DNA of 64,000 bases from positions 28,971-92,970 of the IMG/VR virus record IMGVR_UViG_3300042691_019444. One strand, 5' to 3'. Shown piece after piece: positions 47,085-56,743 of the stretch; position 1 is the first letter of the stretch, and every line of letters begins with the position of its first letter. The position numbers and the translations under genes are program-made. Origin of the DNA: a virus. Under the pieces are notes generated by a model that worked only from the letters and a program-made list of their open reading frames with translations, searched no databases and was not told the origin of the DNA.

Positions 47085-48100
47085 CATCGCCGTTCAACAA
47101 CGTATTTCCTGACATGATTGGGTGGCTTCAGGACGCACTGGCAAGTCCTGGGATGGATACGCGTGTGTGGAGTAGCTACGGAGTTGTGGACAAGGACCGT
47201 AGTGATGATGAGGGGGGTAAGGCCGTTCAGTTTACGAAGGAATGGGGACCTACGGTGCGGGTCGTATTGCAACCTGACGACAACCTAGTGACGTGTCGGG
47301 TTTCGGCCCCCATAGCAGGGAGTTTGGAAGCTAGTTGGAATCCGTTCGGTGCTGGTGATGAGGTGTTGGTAGTTATGCCGGGAGGGTCGTTGTTGGCGCC
47401 TCCTGTGATTGTTGGGCGCCTCAACAACGAACTAGACGGGTTTCCCGAGAAGGTTGCTGGTAAGGAGACCAATCAAAACAACTTAGGGTTCACGCGCAGT
47501 CGAATTCCATTCATCTTTGAAACGTCCAGTCTTTGGATGGTGCGTTCAGCCCTTACGGGCGCGATGCTGGGCATTGATGAGTTGGGCAACCTTACCATCC
47601 GTGACGGGGAAGGTAGTGCCCTACAATTCGGTCCTAGCGGCTTTGCGATGCAGGACAAGGAGGGTACGGGGCAGATAGCTCTGAATACGGTTGAGGGGTT
47701 CGCCAGTATGTGGATTCGGAACACCCTAATAAAGATGGATGGCACCGAAATGAACATTGCGGCAAGCGGAAACGTCGCAATCAGTTCGGCAGGCAATGTT
47801 CCGGTTCTACATGCCATTACGCTTGAACAGCTAATCAACGTACTGACTGCGTGGTTGACGATATTAGCAAATGCTATGACGTTGTTACCAAATCCAATCA
47901 CGCCTGCATCGTTGGCCCCGTTGTTCGATCCTATGCTCGCGGGAGGCGGATTCATAAATGCTGCGCTCGCAATGGCGGCCGGAAATGCGAACGGTGCATA
48001 TGGGGCAATGTTCACAGCCATACAAGGGGCAGTATCGTCATCCATGGCAGTGACCCCTCTAACACCGGGCGCGTGTTGTCCGGCCATCGTGCTAGGATAG
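47081..48100 (+). CDS. baseplate central spike (gpV/gp5-like)
   Basis: OB-fold motif PFGAGDEVLVVMPGG...PVIVGRL, then beta-helix-like repeats. Confidence 0.75.
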   Translation: MTSPFNNVFPDMIGWLQDALASPGMDTRVWSSYGVVDKDRSDDEGGKAVQFTKEWGPTVRVVLQPDDNLVTCRVSAPIAGSLEASWNPFGAGDEVLVVMPGGSLLAPPVIVGRLNNELDGFPEKVAGKETNQNNLGFTRSRIPFIFETSSLWMVRSALTGAMLGIDELGNLTIRDGEGSALQFGPSGFAMQDKEGTGQIALNTVEGFASMWIRNTLIKMDGTEMNIAASGNVAISSAGNVPVLHAITLEQLINVLTAWLTILANAMTLLPNPITPASLAPLFDPMLAGGGFINAALAMAAGNANGAYGAMFTAIQGAVSSSMAVTPLTPGACCPAIVLG

Positions 48101-48109
48101 GAGGCAATC

Positions 48110-48424
48110 ATGGGTTCTCCTCCCCCGCCCCCAGAATCATCCAGTAATGACCAAGATGTGGTTGAGGCTGGTGTGGACTTCGACCTCAATCCGCCTACGG
48201 CTAGTTCGTTGTGTGGATTCAAGTTTCCGCCGACATTCAGCTTCTCATTTTCATTCCATATACCGGGGTTCCCCGCGTGCATAACTAACCCCCTAAGCTG
48301 CATTCCAATCCCGTGGTTATCGCTTTCATGTGACCTGTCCAACCCCATCAGTGGGGGGTGGGGAGGAGAGCGTACCGACACATCAGATAAGCCAGACGAT
48401 GAAGATAAGCCGTGGGTAGAGTAG
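48110..48424 (+). CDS. small Pro/Cys-rich baseplate-associated protein
   Basis: AGGAGG RBS; follows spike. Confidence 0.55.
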   Translation: MGSPPPPPESSSNDQDVVEAGVDFDLNPPTASSLCGFKFPPTFSFSFSFHIPGFPACITNPLSCIPIPWLSLSCDLSNPISGGWGGERTDTSDKPDDEDKPWVE

Positions 48425-48434
48425 AATCGGATCG

Positions 48435-48452
48435 CCGCAACACGTGTTGCGG
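48435..48452. repeat. 18-bp palindrome copy 20 (exact)
   Basis: Exact match. Confidence 0.97.
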
Positions 48453-48467
48453 TGAAAGGGTTCTACG

Positions 48468-49346
48468 ATGTCCGGTCTATATGCGTCTGATATCTACGGA
48501 GTTGATCCGTGGGGAACTACAGGTCCCGCTCCGGGCCGTAGCATCCTAGCGGAACCCGTTCGTGAGAATACGATTCGCATTGCATTCTTCGCACCCGTTC
48601 TCATCAATTACTTGGAAGACATCAGAGACTCTCTGACTCCCAACAAGTACGTGGTGAATGCGATAAGTGGCGTAGGACTGGATGGGAATGCCGTACATGA
48701 AGTGAGAGTCGTAAAGGTGATGACGGTTGATGGTGAGCCCGCCCAACTGGACATCGTATTGGATCGCAATCTCTCTCATTGGCCGTGTCGTTATGAAGTG
48801 CAGGCATTCGGCGTCTATATGGCGACGGGTGCATTGTTTCCATCCCCTATGGTGGTGGAGTTTGACAGCGTTAGGGAGGAATTCGTAAAGCCGTCTGTGG
48901 ACTTCTATAGGTCTACGAAGGACGTGAGTAACCCTACGTCGCTGTCGGCCCTACTGGACCCCGTACCCGATGTGAATGACTTCAATTTGGGGTCATTCAC
49001 GTATGGCGATGATGGGGATTATGCGATGGACGAAGGTGTGGAGAATCTGCGTAAGCGGCTATATCGCAGAGTGATTGTCAAACCAGGGGGGTTCGTGTGG
49101 CTTCCGGAATACGGGGTTGGGATTACGAATTACGGTAAGCGGGTGAACAGTGCCGGAATCCGAGAGAAGCTAAGGTCGGAAATGGAATCCCAAATAAACC
49201 AAGAGCCGGACGTGAAGGCATCGAAAGTCTTACTTGCACAGTCCACGACACCGGGCTTGTTCAAAGTTTACATGAAGGTTCTTACGAAGGATAACAAGGC
49301 GTATCAATTCGCATACGAATACCCCCTAGTGGATTCGGTGTTCTAA
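48468..49346 (+). CDS. baseplate wedge / sheath initiator (gp25-like C-terminus)
   Basis: GVENLRKRL.RR...PG....LPEYGVG...QEPDV. Confidence 0.7.
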   Translation: MSGLYASDIYGVDPWGTTGPAPGRSILAEPVRENTIRIAFFAPVLINYLEDIRDSLTPNKYVVNAISGVGLDGNAVHEVRVVKVMTVDGEPAQLDIVLDRNLSHWPCRYEVQAFGVYMATGALFPSPMVVEFDSVREEFVKPSVDFYRSTKDVSNPTSLSALLDPVPDVNDFNLGSFTYGDDGDYAMDEGVENLRKRLYRRVIVKPGGFVWLPEYGVGITNYGKRVNSAGIREKLRSEMESQINQEPDVKASKVLLAQSTTPGLFKVYMKVLTKDNKAYQFAYEYPLVDSVF

Positions 49347-49356
49347 GGAGTCAATC

Positions 49357-50466
49357 ATGTCTGACCTACCTACGAGACTCGACCTCTTCAACATCGGGCG
49401 TTCCTACGTGAAGAGTAGGGCTGCTCGCATTGACCCCGCCCAAATTGACATTACGGGGTCCGATGTGAATCTTTATGTGGGGAGCAATTCGGTCATTGGT
49501 GCCGAACTAGTCAACCAACTGAATGCTGCAATTGCCACACTGTTCTTGGAGACTGCCGAGAATGACGATCTAGATAGGTATGTGTGGGACCGATACCGGG
49601 AGACCCGCAAAGCTGCATCACCCGCGTATGGGGTGGTTCGGTTCTATAGGGATGTAGCGACTGCGGGTGCCGGGTCTGTTCCGTTGGGTACTAAGGTCGG
49701 TACGAAGACCGGTATCGAATACGTTACAACGACAGTTGCGACGTTTGATACGACGGATACGGTTGCGTATGCAAACGTCCGCAGTACTCAGGCCGGTAAA
49801 GCCCAACAAGCGGGGCAGAATGCCATTCGGCGGATTCTCAATCCGGCGTTGTTGTGGGATCCGTCGCTGAAAGTGAACAATGATGCCGCAACTGCACACG
49901 CTAATGACCGAGAGCTTGATTCGGTGTTCCGTGAGCGTGTACGTGATTTCTGGTTGAGTGCCAGACGAGGGACATTGTCCGCAATATCGTATGGCGCACG
50001 CCGTGTTCCAGGTATCTACAGTGCGTCAGCAATTGAAGCCCTAACTACTGACGCGCAACCCGCGCGTGTAGTGAATTTGTTCTTGGCTGACGAAAGTGGC
50101 ATTGCCTCACAGGCAATCAGCCAATCCGTACTTGCGGAGTTGATGGAGTGGAGAGCGGGGGGGATTGCTGTCATCCCATACACATGCAACGTTCAGATGC
50201 AGAAAATCACCTATAAGTTGCAATTCATTGCAGGAGTAGAGACGGCTCCGGTGGTGGATAAGATTCGGGCCGTTACGGCGGAGAAGGTCAATACGCTAGG
50301 CGGCAATGAGACGCTTATGAGGTCTATGCTGTTCTCGATTCTGGAGATGTATAAGGGTGCGGGCCTGATTCCATCTCAGGACAGCATTGTTGAGCCAGCG
50401 GGAGACATTGTTCCGGCTACCGGTTACACGATCCGCACTGACCTAACCAATGTGACGGTGCTCTGA
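49357..50466 (+). CDS. baseplate J-like protein
   Basis: AENDDLDR...RKAA, G.VP.GT, E.D..FR.R, RRGT..AI...A..VPG. Confidence 0.85.
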   Translation: MSDLPTRLDLFNIGRSYVKSRAARIDPAQIDITGSDVNLYVGSNSVIGAELVNQLNAAIATLFLETAENDDLDRYVWDRYRETRKAASPAYGVVRFYRDVATAGAGSVPLGTKVGTKTGIEYVTTTVATFDTTDTVAYANVRSTQAGKAQQAGQNAIRRILNPALLWDPSLKVNNDAATAHANDRELDSVFRERVRDFWLSARRGTLSAISYGARRVPGIYSASAIEALTTDAQPARVVNLFLADESGIASQAISQSVLAELMEWRAGGIAVIPYTCNVQMQKITYKLQFIAGVETAPVVDKIRAVTAEKVNTLGGNETLMRSMLFSILEMYKGAGLIPSQDSIVEPAGDIVPATGYTIRTDLTNVTVL

Positions 50467-52265
50467 TGAGTGGCATTTACACGAAAGATCAATTGCTCGC
50501 CATATGGGTGAGCGCTACCGATAAGAGCTATAACGAACCATTCATTCGCAAGGGTGAAGGCAACGGGCTTGAGGCGTATACGCAAGGGTTCGCCCAGTAT
50601 GAGCGTGTATCTAGGGCCATCGACAATACGTTCCAGTCCATGTTCATCAGCTCATGGAGTGGGCAAACGGCACCATCGGCAAGTGGTGAGAAGCGCGCAC
50701 GTGTATCGCTGAAAGTGAATCGAGAGAAGCTATTCGAATTGCCTGTTGTTGTGCCTGTTGAGTTGATGGTTGAGGAGATTGCTACGGACCATTCTGCCGA
50801 TGGGGCGGTGGAGGTTAGGACTGGGCGTAAGTATGCAATCACGGCATCGGTTGCATGGTTACCAGGGGAGAGCCAAGAACAGAGTGTTGGGGCTGTCGCC
50901 ACCGTGCCTGGATGGGGGCACAACAATCCAGATGTCAACTCCATCAGAGGTATTGTGCAGTACGGTAAGACCCTAATAGGGGCAGCGGCAACGGTTGAGA
51001 GTATGTTCCCGCGCGAAGTGCTTACGGCCGAAGCTGGGGGTGATAGTTTCTACACCCCACATATCGGACAGTATGTTCGGTTCACTGCGGGGTGGAATGC
51101 TGGCAAAGTACGTAAAATTGGTGAGTATAAGGGTTCATCGACCGTAGATGCCGGTAAGGTAGCATTGGATGCCATTATGGTGTTCTACGGTTCATTCTCA
51201 GCAGGTCAATTCGCTATTGGTGAGGAGGTAATGGACTCCGTCACGGGCGCACTGGGAGACGTATTGGCTATCAACGGGACTGCCACTACGTTGATGATTA
51301 GGCGCAAAGAGGGAGTGTATGGGTTGAGTGGTGCGCTGATTACGCCATCCGCAACATTCAACTTCACATCAGTCGATATGACCGGAATGTGCTACGCATT
51401 GGGAATCGGTACCATTACCGGCCCGATGGATGAAATTGGGCATGAGACTGTCGATCAAGCCGTAACGGGTGCGACGGGATTTCTAGCAGCCATTGTTGGA
51501 AGTTATGCATTCATATACCCAACTGGGAACGTCGCATTTGACGGCACTAATCTTATAGCTGGATGGACAAGTGGAGAACTCATTTTCCCGGTTAGTGTGG
51601 GGGTCGATCCCATGCTGGTGAATGAGACAACTCAGACGGCTTCGTGGGAGATTCTGAGTTGGGATGATGACTTGGGGATTGCATTCCACAATGAAGCATC
51701 TCCAACCTTGGGGCGTAGCGGTACGCTCGATGAGTTGGGAATGGAACGTAAAATCCCAAGGGTATCGGGTGAAAATGATGCCCAATACAGTGAGCGTATA
51801 TCGAAGTTGGCTGACGTGGTAAGTCCGAGGGCAATAGCGAGAGCTGCAACTAGGATTCTTCAGCCGCTAGGTGTTAGTCCGTGCATCAGGGAAGTTGGGC
51901 AATTGGGGTTCAGGGGGTTCTATTACGACGTTCCCACTAACTATGCTCCTAAGTATGCGTTCGCGTGGGATATGGACTTCAGTGTGCGCCCCCAAGATGC
52001 GTGGAAACTCCTACTCAGTTATGCGGACTTCCGAGCCTTCATGGCAATTGGGGTTCCGCCTACCGGTATTGGGGAGTTCGGATTCGCATATGATGACCAT
52101 CCGTTGGGATTCTTCGACTCCACACCATATCTAACGTTCTTTGATGGTTATCCAGTGACGACAAGCAATGTCCTGAAGTCGTTGTGGAATGACATCAACC
52201 AACGCAAAGCGGGGGGCGTCGGATTCGTAATCTACTCAGAATCAGACGGTTGCGTGCATGAATAA
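50466..52265 (+). CDS. baseplate wedge (gpI-like) / tail protein
   Basis: TLDELG.ER.I.R..GE.D..Y..RI motif; follows J. Confidence 0.65.
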   Translation: MSGIYTKDQLLAIWVSATDKSYNEPFIRKGEGNGLEAYTQGFAQYERVSRAIDNTFQSMFISSWSGQTAPSASGEKRARVSLKVNREKLFELPVVVPVELMVEEIATDHSADGAVEVRTGRKYAITASVAWLPGESQEQSVGAVATVPGWGHNNPDVNSIRGIVQYGKTLIGAAATVESMFPREVLTAEAGGDSFYTPHIGQYVRFTAGWNAGKVRKIGEYKGSSTVDAGKVALDAIMVFYGSFSAGQFAIGEEVMDSVTGALGDVLAINGTATTLMIRRKEGVYGLSGALITPSATFNFTSVDMTGMCYALGIGTITGPMDEIGHETVDQAVTGATGFLAAIVGSYAFIYPTGNVAFDGTNLIAGWTSGELIFPVSVGVDPMLVNETTQTASWEILSWDDDLGIAFHNEASPTLGRSGTLDELGMERKIPRVSGENDAQYSERISKLADVVSPRAIARAATRILQPLGVSPCIREVGQLGFRGFYYDVPTNYAPKYAFAWDMDFSVRPQDAWKLLLSYADFRAFMAIGVPPTGIGEFGFAYDDHPLGFFDSTPYLTFFDGYPVTTSNVLKSLWNDINQRKAGGVGFVIYSESDGCVHE

Positions 52266-52311
52266 TGACGGATGAGACCTCATCCGGTATCTTCTAACAG
52301 AGAGGTGATAA

Positions 52312-53928
52312 ATGGACGGTTCGAACCGACTCGTAGTCAACACGCTGGAACGCGCAGTATCGACTGACATCAACCGAATGCAGTCATTCAAAGACGCAAT
52401 GGTTGGTGAGTTTGCCCGCTACTTCTTTGGAGTGTATGAGAATTCCGTAGAGTTGATTGGTGGTGTGGTTAGCCAACCGGCTCCGGGGGCGTTATCACCC
52501 TACGTCAACCACGGTGTGGTCAACGGACTACTCCCCAAGCCGATCAACGGAACGCTAGATATGTTGATCGAACCTGGATTGCTGTTCACGGAGGATGCGG
52601 CGTACACACCAGCCAATGACTCGTTCTGGCGATACGTCAAAGATCCGGGTGTTACGACTACGGGTGTACTGACACTTACGACGGGTTCACCTGGTACCCG
52701 CATTGACGTGATTGAGTGTCAGTATGTGGACACCGTTATTGAGCAGGATAACCGGGACATTTTCAATCCGTCGACGGGGTTGTTTACTCCGACACTCGTC
52801 GATAAGGTCAAGGCCGGTAGGTTGCAGTATCGTATTCGTACCGGAACGTCAGGCGCCGGATTTCCAGGTGTGGTTGCTGGATGGATGCCTTTGGCGGTTG
52901 CGTCTGTACCCAATACCGCCACAAGTTGGGATGATGTGACGCTGTATGACGTCCGCAATTTGGTGTCCAAATATCATAACGCCCCATTCGCATCTTGGAA
53001 GGCTGATGCGGAATTGGAAAGCAACCATATTTCGGCAGCGTGGGATGCTGGTCTCACTAACCTCTACGTGACCGGAAAGGCTAAGGGGCGTATTGGGCAA
53101 TTCATGATTGAGGGGTACATTTCGAATCACCCAACCAACGCCACGAGTTTCAATGCTGCTAACCATGCATTCTGGCAAGCTGGACTCGCCGCTATGACTG
53201 CGGGTGCACCATGGTACGTCTATGCGTGCTTCCCATTCGGATTGCCATTCTGGCGGAAGTACAACGGAGCACCGAATTCGCCTCGACGGCCTGCCGGGAT
53301 GTGTGGGGTGTTGACTGTTAGCCAAATTGTCCCAACGTCGCGCGGGTTGCCTAACGCAGTCATTCCCCTACCTACTGCGACAGGTTTGGGGGGTTCCACA
53401 CAATTCGCAATTCCAATCGCTGCCGGATTACCATCCACCACAACGGTCGGTGAAGGTGGTGGATTCCTTACTGACGGGCAATGGACCATCTTTGATGAAG
53501 GTGTGACAGCCGTAACTCCATCAACCATGGCTCCAGCGGCCGGTTCAGGTACATCGCAGTACAACTACACGGATGGAGCCCTGTATCCTGGGCACGCGCG
53601 TGCATGTAAGTACCTAGTCACTCGTTCGTATACGGTTCCGGCCCTAGGTGCCAATACGGCGCTCAATCTTAGAGCGGTTGTCAGGGTATGCGATGCGGTG
53701 TCGGGTGCCACAATTGCGACAGTGTCTCAACACTACCTCACACTCGTCGGTAAGGCTGGTGACACCGCCATATCGACAGTATTCATTATTGAGGTTCCGC
53801 ATTTCCTAAGTCTGGCTCTCTTGGGTTCACGTCGAATTGAAATCGACTACAATCCAGACTTCGGCGGCGTAACGCCATCAGCCAGAACCGAAACCGCTAC
53901 AATCATTGGGTGGAAGATAGCAGACTGA
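52312..53928 (+). CDS. tail fibre / receptor-binding protein
   Basis: GTRIDVI fibre N-terminal motif; position after baseplate. Confidence 0.65.
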   Translation: MDGSNRLVVNTLERAVSTDINRMQSFKDAMVGEFARYFFGVYENSVELIGGVVSQPAPGALSPYVNHGVVNGLLPKPINGTLDMLIEPGLLFTEDAAYTPANDSFWRYVKDPGVTTTGVLTLTTGSPGTRIDVIECQYVDTVIEQDNRDIFNPSTGLFTPTLVDKVKAGRLQYRIRTGTSGAGFPGVVAGWMPLAVASVPNTATSWDDVTLYDVRNLVSKYHNAPFASWKADAELESNHISAAWDAGLTNLYVTGKAKGRIGQFMIEGYISNHPTNATSFNAANHAFWQAGLAAMTAGAPWYVYACFPFGLPFWRKYNGAPNSPRRPAGMCGVLTVSQIVPTSRGLPNAVIPLPTATGLGGSTQFAIPIAAGLPSTTTVGEGGGFLTDGQWTIFDEGVTAVTPSTMAPAAGSGTSQYNYTDGALYPGHARACKYLVTRSYTVPALGANTALNLRAVVRVCDAVSGATIATVSQHYLTLVGKAGDTAISTVFIIEVPHFLSLALLGSRRIEIDYNPDFGGVTPSARTETATIIGWKIAD

Positions 53929-53946
53929 CCGCAACACGTGTTGCGG
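53929..53946. repeat. 18-bp palindrome copy 21 (exact)
   Basis: Immediately after TGA, before AGGAGG. Confidence 0.97.
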
Positions 53947-53961
53947 TGTAGGAGGCCAGCT

Positions 53962-54618
53962 ATGGCAACGAATCAGTACGACTTGGATAGGGTTGCGCAT
54001 TCCATTGTTGAAGAGGCTTTGCGCATTGCGCACGTGCGATGGGATGACAAGTGGGAGCACAAGCATCTAGGCGAGTCTGCTGGCGTGAATATGGTGGCCT
54101 TCAGACAACTACTTCCCAAGGGTGCTTATTGGGATTTGGCTAAACCGTTCAGGTGTTGGAAGGAGAATGGGACCTATAAGACGCAAGGAGTGTCTACGTG
54201 TGGTCTGATTGCTCTCGGCATCATTGGGCGTGTACTTGAGAGTATGGGCATTTCGATGCCCTGGATGACTGAGAAGTATTGGGATTGGACAGACCCGTTG
54301 GGTGCCAATGACAAGGCGTACAATGACCTGGACGTGGTGTCGTGTCTGACTATGTTGGGACTTGCGACCCAATCCCGGCGTCCTAAAGGTGTATACCCAC
54401 AATCTGGTGACATGGTCTGCATAGGTAGTGGTACTGCCACACATGTCTTCACCGTAGTGTCCACTGATGGGCATTATGTGTGGTCGGTGGACGGGGGCGC
54501 CGTAGATACGGAACACGGGAATCTGCAATGTGTCCGGTTGACTAAACGCGATTGGAGGGGATTGCGCGTCAACTGGATAATCAATACAACCGAATTGGTG
54601 CGCAAACTATCAAAGTGA
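53962..54618 (+). CDS. putative endolysin (CHAP/NlpC-P60-like)
   Basis: STCGL...P..GD.V.I...HVF.V...SVDGG (Cys-His); first gene of the lysis block. Confidence 0.6.
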   Translation: MATNQYDLDRVAHSIVEEALRIAHVRWDDKWEHKHLGESAGVNMVAFRQLLPKGAYWDLAKPFRCWKENGTYKTQGVSTCGLIALGIIGRVLESMGISMPWMTEKYWDWTDPLGANDKAYNDLDVVSCLTMLGLATQSRRPKGVYPQSGDMVCIGSGTATHVFTVVSTDGHYVWSVDGGAVDTEHGNLQCVRLTKRDWRGLRVNWIINTTELVRKLSK

Positions 54619-54624
54619 GGCGTA

Positions 54625-54993
54625 ATGAACTCGGCATACATCCCTCTGATCGCAATCGTAGTTTCAGTCGTGATGGTTGTAATTCAGGCCCTCACACGAT
54701 ACGGAGTTGCCAAGACTGAGGAAGGGAACAATAGAAGGTTCGAGGCACTTGAGACGGCAATCGAAGCCAACGCGGTATCGGTTCAAGAAACAGCGAAGCA
54801 AATTGCGGATATCCGTGTGGCAATACGTGGCCTAGAGACTCAGATGCTCAAACATTCCGATATAGTCAGTAGGGAGTTGTTTGATGCGAAGGTTGAAAGT
54901 CTCAATCAGCAGTTGGTCAACATCAGTAAGGTGCAGGCTGAGGTTGTGTCCAAACTTGTGAAGGTACTGCACCAAAAGGAGACGGCCCTATGA
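54625..54993 (+). CDS. membrane protein with coiled coil (lysis module)
   Basis: One N-terminal TM helix. Confidence 0.6.
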   Translation: MNSAYIPLIAIVVSVVMVVIQALTRYGVAKTEEGNNRRFEALETAIEANAVSVQETAKQIADIRVAIRGLETQMLKHSDIVSRELFDAKVESLNQQLVNISKVQAEVVSKLVKVLHQKETAL

Positions 54994-55292
54994 TTCAGAA
55001 TCTCGCGAAGTTGTTTGCTCCGGATGGTCCGCTGTCGATGCTGAGTAGTCGAAAGGCGTGGGTCGCTGTGGCGGCCATCGCGGCTGCCGGTCTGATGTTG
55101 TATCTGACCAAAATCAATAGTGCGGAGTTCCTGAACTTCGTACAGAACATTGTCACGCTGTGGATTGGTGCCATTGCTGTTGAGAAATCAGCCCTCTATC
55201 TAGGGCCCTATCCGAACGGTAAAGCACCAGACGCGCCGACAACCCAACCCACTCAACCAACAACCCAACCAATAGAGTCAAAGGGGCAATGA
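54990..55292 (+). CDS. putative holin
   Basis: SRKAW followed by two TM helices. Confidence 0.6.
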   Translation: MIQNLAKLFAPDGPLSMLSSRKAWVAVAAIAAAGLMLYLTKINSAEFLNFVQNIVTLWIGAIAVEKSALYLGPYPNGKAPDAPTTQPTQPTTQPIESKGQ

Positions 55293-55750
55293 CAATGAGG
55301 AATGCAATCTCAACGGTTCTGTCGTTCGTAGTGTCCATCATGGCACTCATCGGTCTACTGATGTGCACTAATGGGTGTTCATCGAGCTTCGTGAAAGCTC
55401 AGCAAGAAGGAGTCATGACTGCGATTGCCGCAACCAACGGCGGCGGATTCACACTCCTACAGTTGCGGCAATCGGAACGGTTGGCGTGCGTCGATAAAAG
55501 CGATACACGTCCAAAGGCCGAAGCCTGCATTGCTACGGTTGATGAGAAGTATAAGGCTCCATTGGAGTCGTTCTACTACTTCAGAGAAACAATGACGGCA
55601 TGGCAGAATGCCTTGTTGCTATACCAGGATGGGAAGCTGTCGGAGGCGGAATTGATTCCGTTTTCGGCTGAGGTGCTGAAAGCATATACGAACTTGGTCA
55701 AGGCCCTTACGCCACTGGGAATCAAACTCCCAGCATGGAATGGAGTCTGA
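55289..55750 (+). CDS. lipoprotein/secreted protein (spanin-like candidate)
   Basis: Hydrophobic signal then NGC. Confidence 0.5.
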   Translation: MTMRNAISTVLSFVVSIMALIGLLMCTNGCSSSFVKAQQEGVMTAIAATNGGGFTLLQLRQSERLACVDKSDTRPKAEACIATVDEKYKAPLESFYYFRETMTAWQNALLLYQDGKLSEAELIPFSAEVLKAYTNLVKALTPLGIKLPAWNGV

Positions 55751-55751
55751 G

Positions 55752-55964
55752 ATGGTAGTGCCCATTCCCAAAGAATTGGCCGACTCTGTTTCGACAATTG
55801 CGAAGGAGTTGGCATCACTACTGCTCAGCAGAGGAGCCACCGAAGAACAGATTCGCAATCTGTTTCTCCAATTCCGCAACACAACCGCATCTTGGGATCT
55901 TCAGAAGACCCAAATGGATGTTGAGTTGCGGAAGGCGTTGGATGCGAAGTTCGGGCCCGCGTAG
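55752..55964 (+). CDS. hypothetical protein
   Basis: GGAG RBS. Confidence 0.55.
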   Translation: MVVPIPKELADSVSTIAKELASLLLSRGATEEQIRNLFLQFRNTTASWDLQKTQMDVELRKALDAKFGPA

Positions 55965-55973
55965 GAGGCTCCT

Positions 55974-56162
55974 ATGTCGATGAATGAGAAGGCACTTGAG
56001 GGGTTGAAGGTCTGGGCTAAAGGCCGAAAGACCAGCACCATCAAGGAGCATTTGGAAGGGAAGGCTGAAGACCCCGAAGCGCTGGCGGTTTGGATTCGCA
56101 AACAAGCGCTAGGGGAGGAGGAATTCAAACGTCATCAGGAGATGGCTCGGAAGAAGAAGTAA
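55974..56162 (+). CDS. small basic protein
   Basis: AGGAGG RBS; DPEALAVWI motif. Confidence 0.6.
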   Translation: MSMNEKALEGLKVWAKGRKTSTIKEHLEGKAEDPEALAVWIRKQALGEEEFKRHQEMARKKK

Positions 56163-56676
56163 TCTCCTCCACCACTGTAGTCTGAAGGGGTTGCTCTGAC
56201 CCCGCCATCCAACTCACCAACATTGTAAGCCCCGCCCACTCATCTTCATCGTTGTTGTGAAGATGGTTGGAGACGGTCATGTTTGTCGAATTGAATCGGA
56301 GTGTGCGGGGACCACTTACTCCTTCGGCAAGTTCTCCTTTGAACGTGTCGGCTGCTGGTCTGACATTGAATTCCAACAGGAAGTCTACATCCTTGAGATA
56401 GTGAGTGATGTAGTCGACGAACGCCTTAGTTTCCTCACCACTGGCAATCACCGCAACACGTGTTGCGGCGGAATGCAGGCCGATTCGTTTCAGATAGTTA
56501 CTGACCTCCATGGCGTTGTGCTTCTGGATCTCTTTTCGGTAATCGTGACTGGTATTGCCTGGGATGTAGGCCAACTGAAACTCACATTCCACACCTTTGG
56601 ATTCGACCATCTTGGCGATGAGGAAGTCAATTGGTTCGGTTGTGTGCTTGGGGTTGATGTAAAGGATGGTCAGCAT
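56125..56676 (-). CDS. hypothetical protein (only clear minus-strand gene)
   Basis: AGGAG RBS upstream on the minus strand; normal composition. Confidence 0.65.
   Translation of the reverse strand: MLTILYINPKHTTEPIDFLIAKMVESKGVECEFQLAYIPGNTSHDYRKEIQKHNAMEVSNYLKRIGLHSAATRVAVIASGEETKAFVDYITHYLKDVDFLLEFNVRPAADTFKGELAEGVSGPRTLRFNSTNMTVSNHLHNNDEDEWAGLTMLVSWMAGSEQPLQTTVVEEITSSSEPSPDDV
56451..56468. repeat. 18-bp palindrome copy 22 (exact, in minus-strand CDS as AATRVA)
   Basis: Exact match. Confidence 0.97.
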
Positions 56677-56743
56677 GGGGCTCCTATTGTGTGCAAACTG
56701 AAACGGGGGTTGTTACAAATTGGGCATACGGCATAATTGCCGC

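Noticed and set aside
47473-48381. 302-aa minus-strand ORF (likewise 40633..41535 and 39008..39679)
   Set aside because: They overlap well-supported structural genes and have shadow-like composition.
56257-56736. 159-aa plus-strand ORF
   Set aside because: Antisense shadow of 56125..56676, which has a good RBS.
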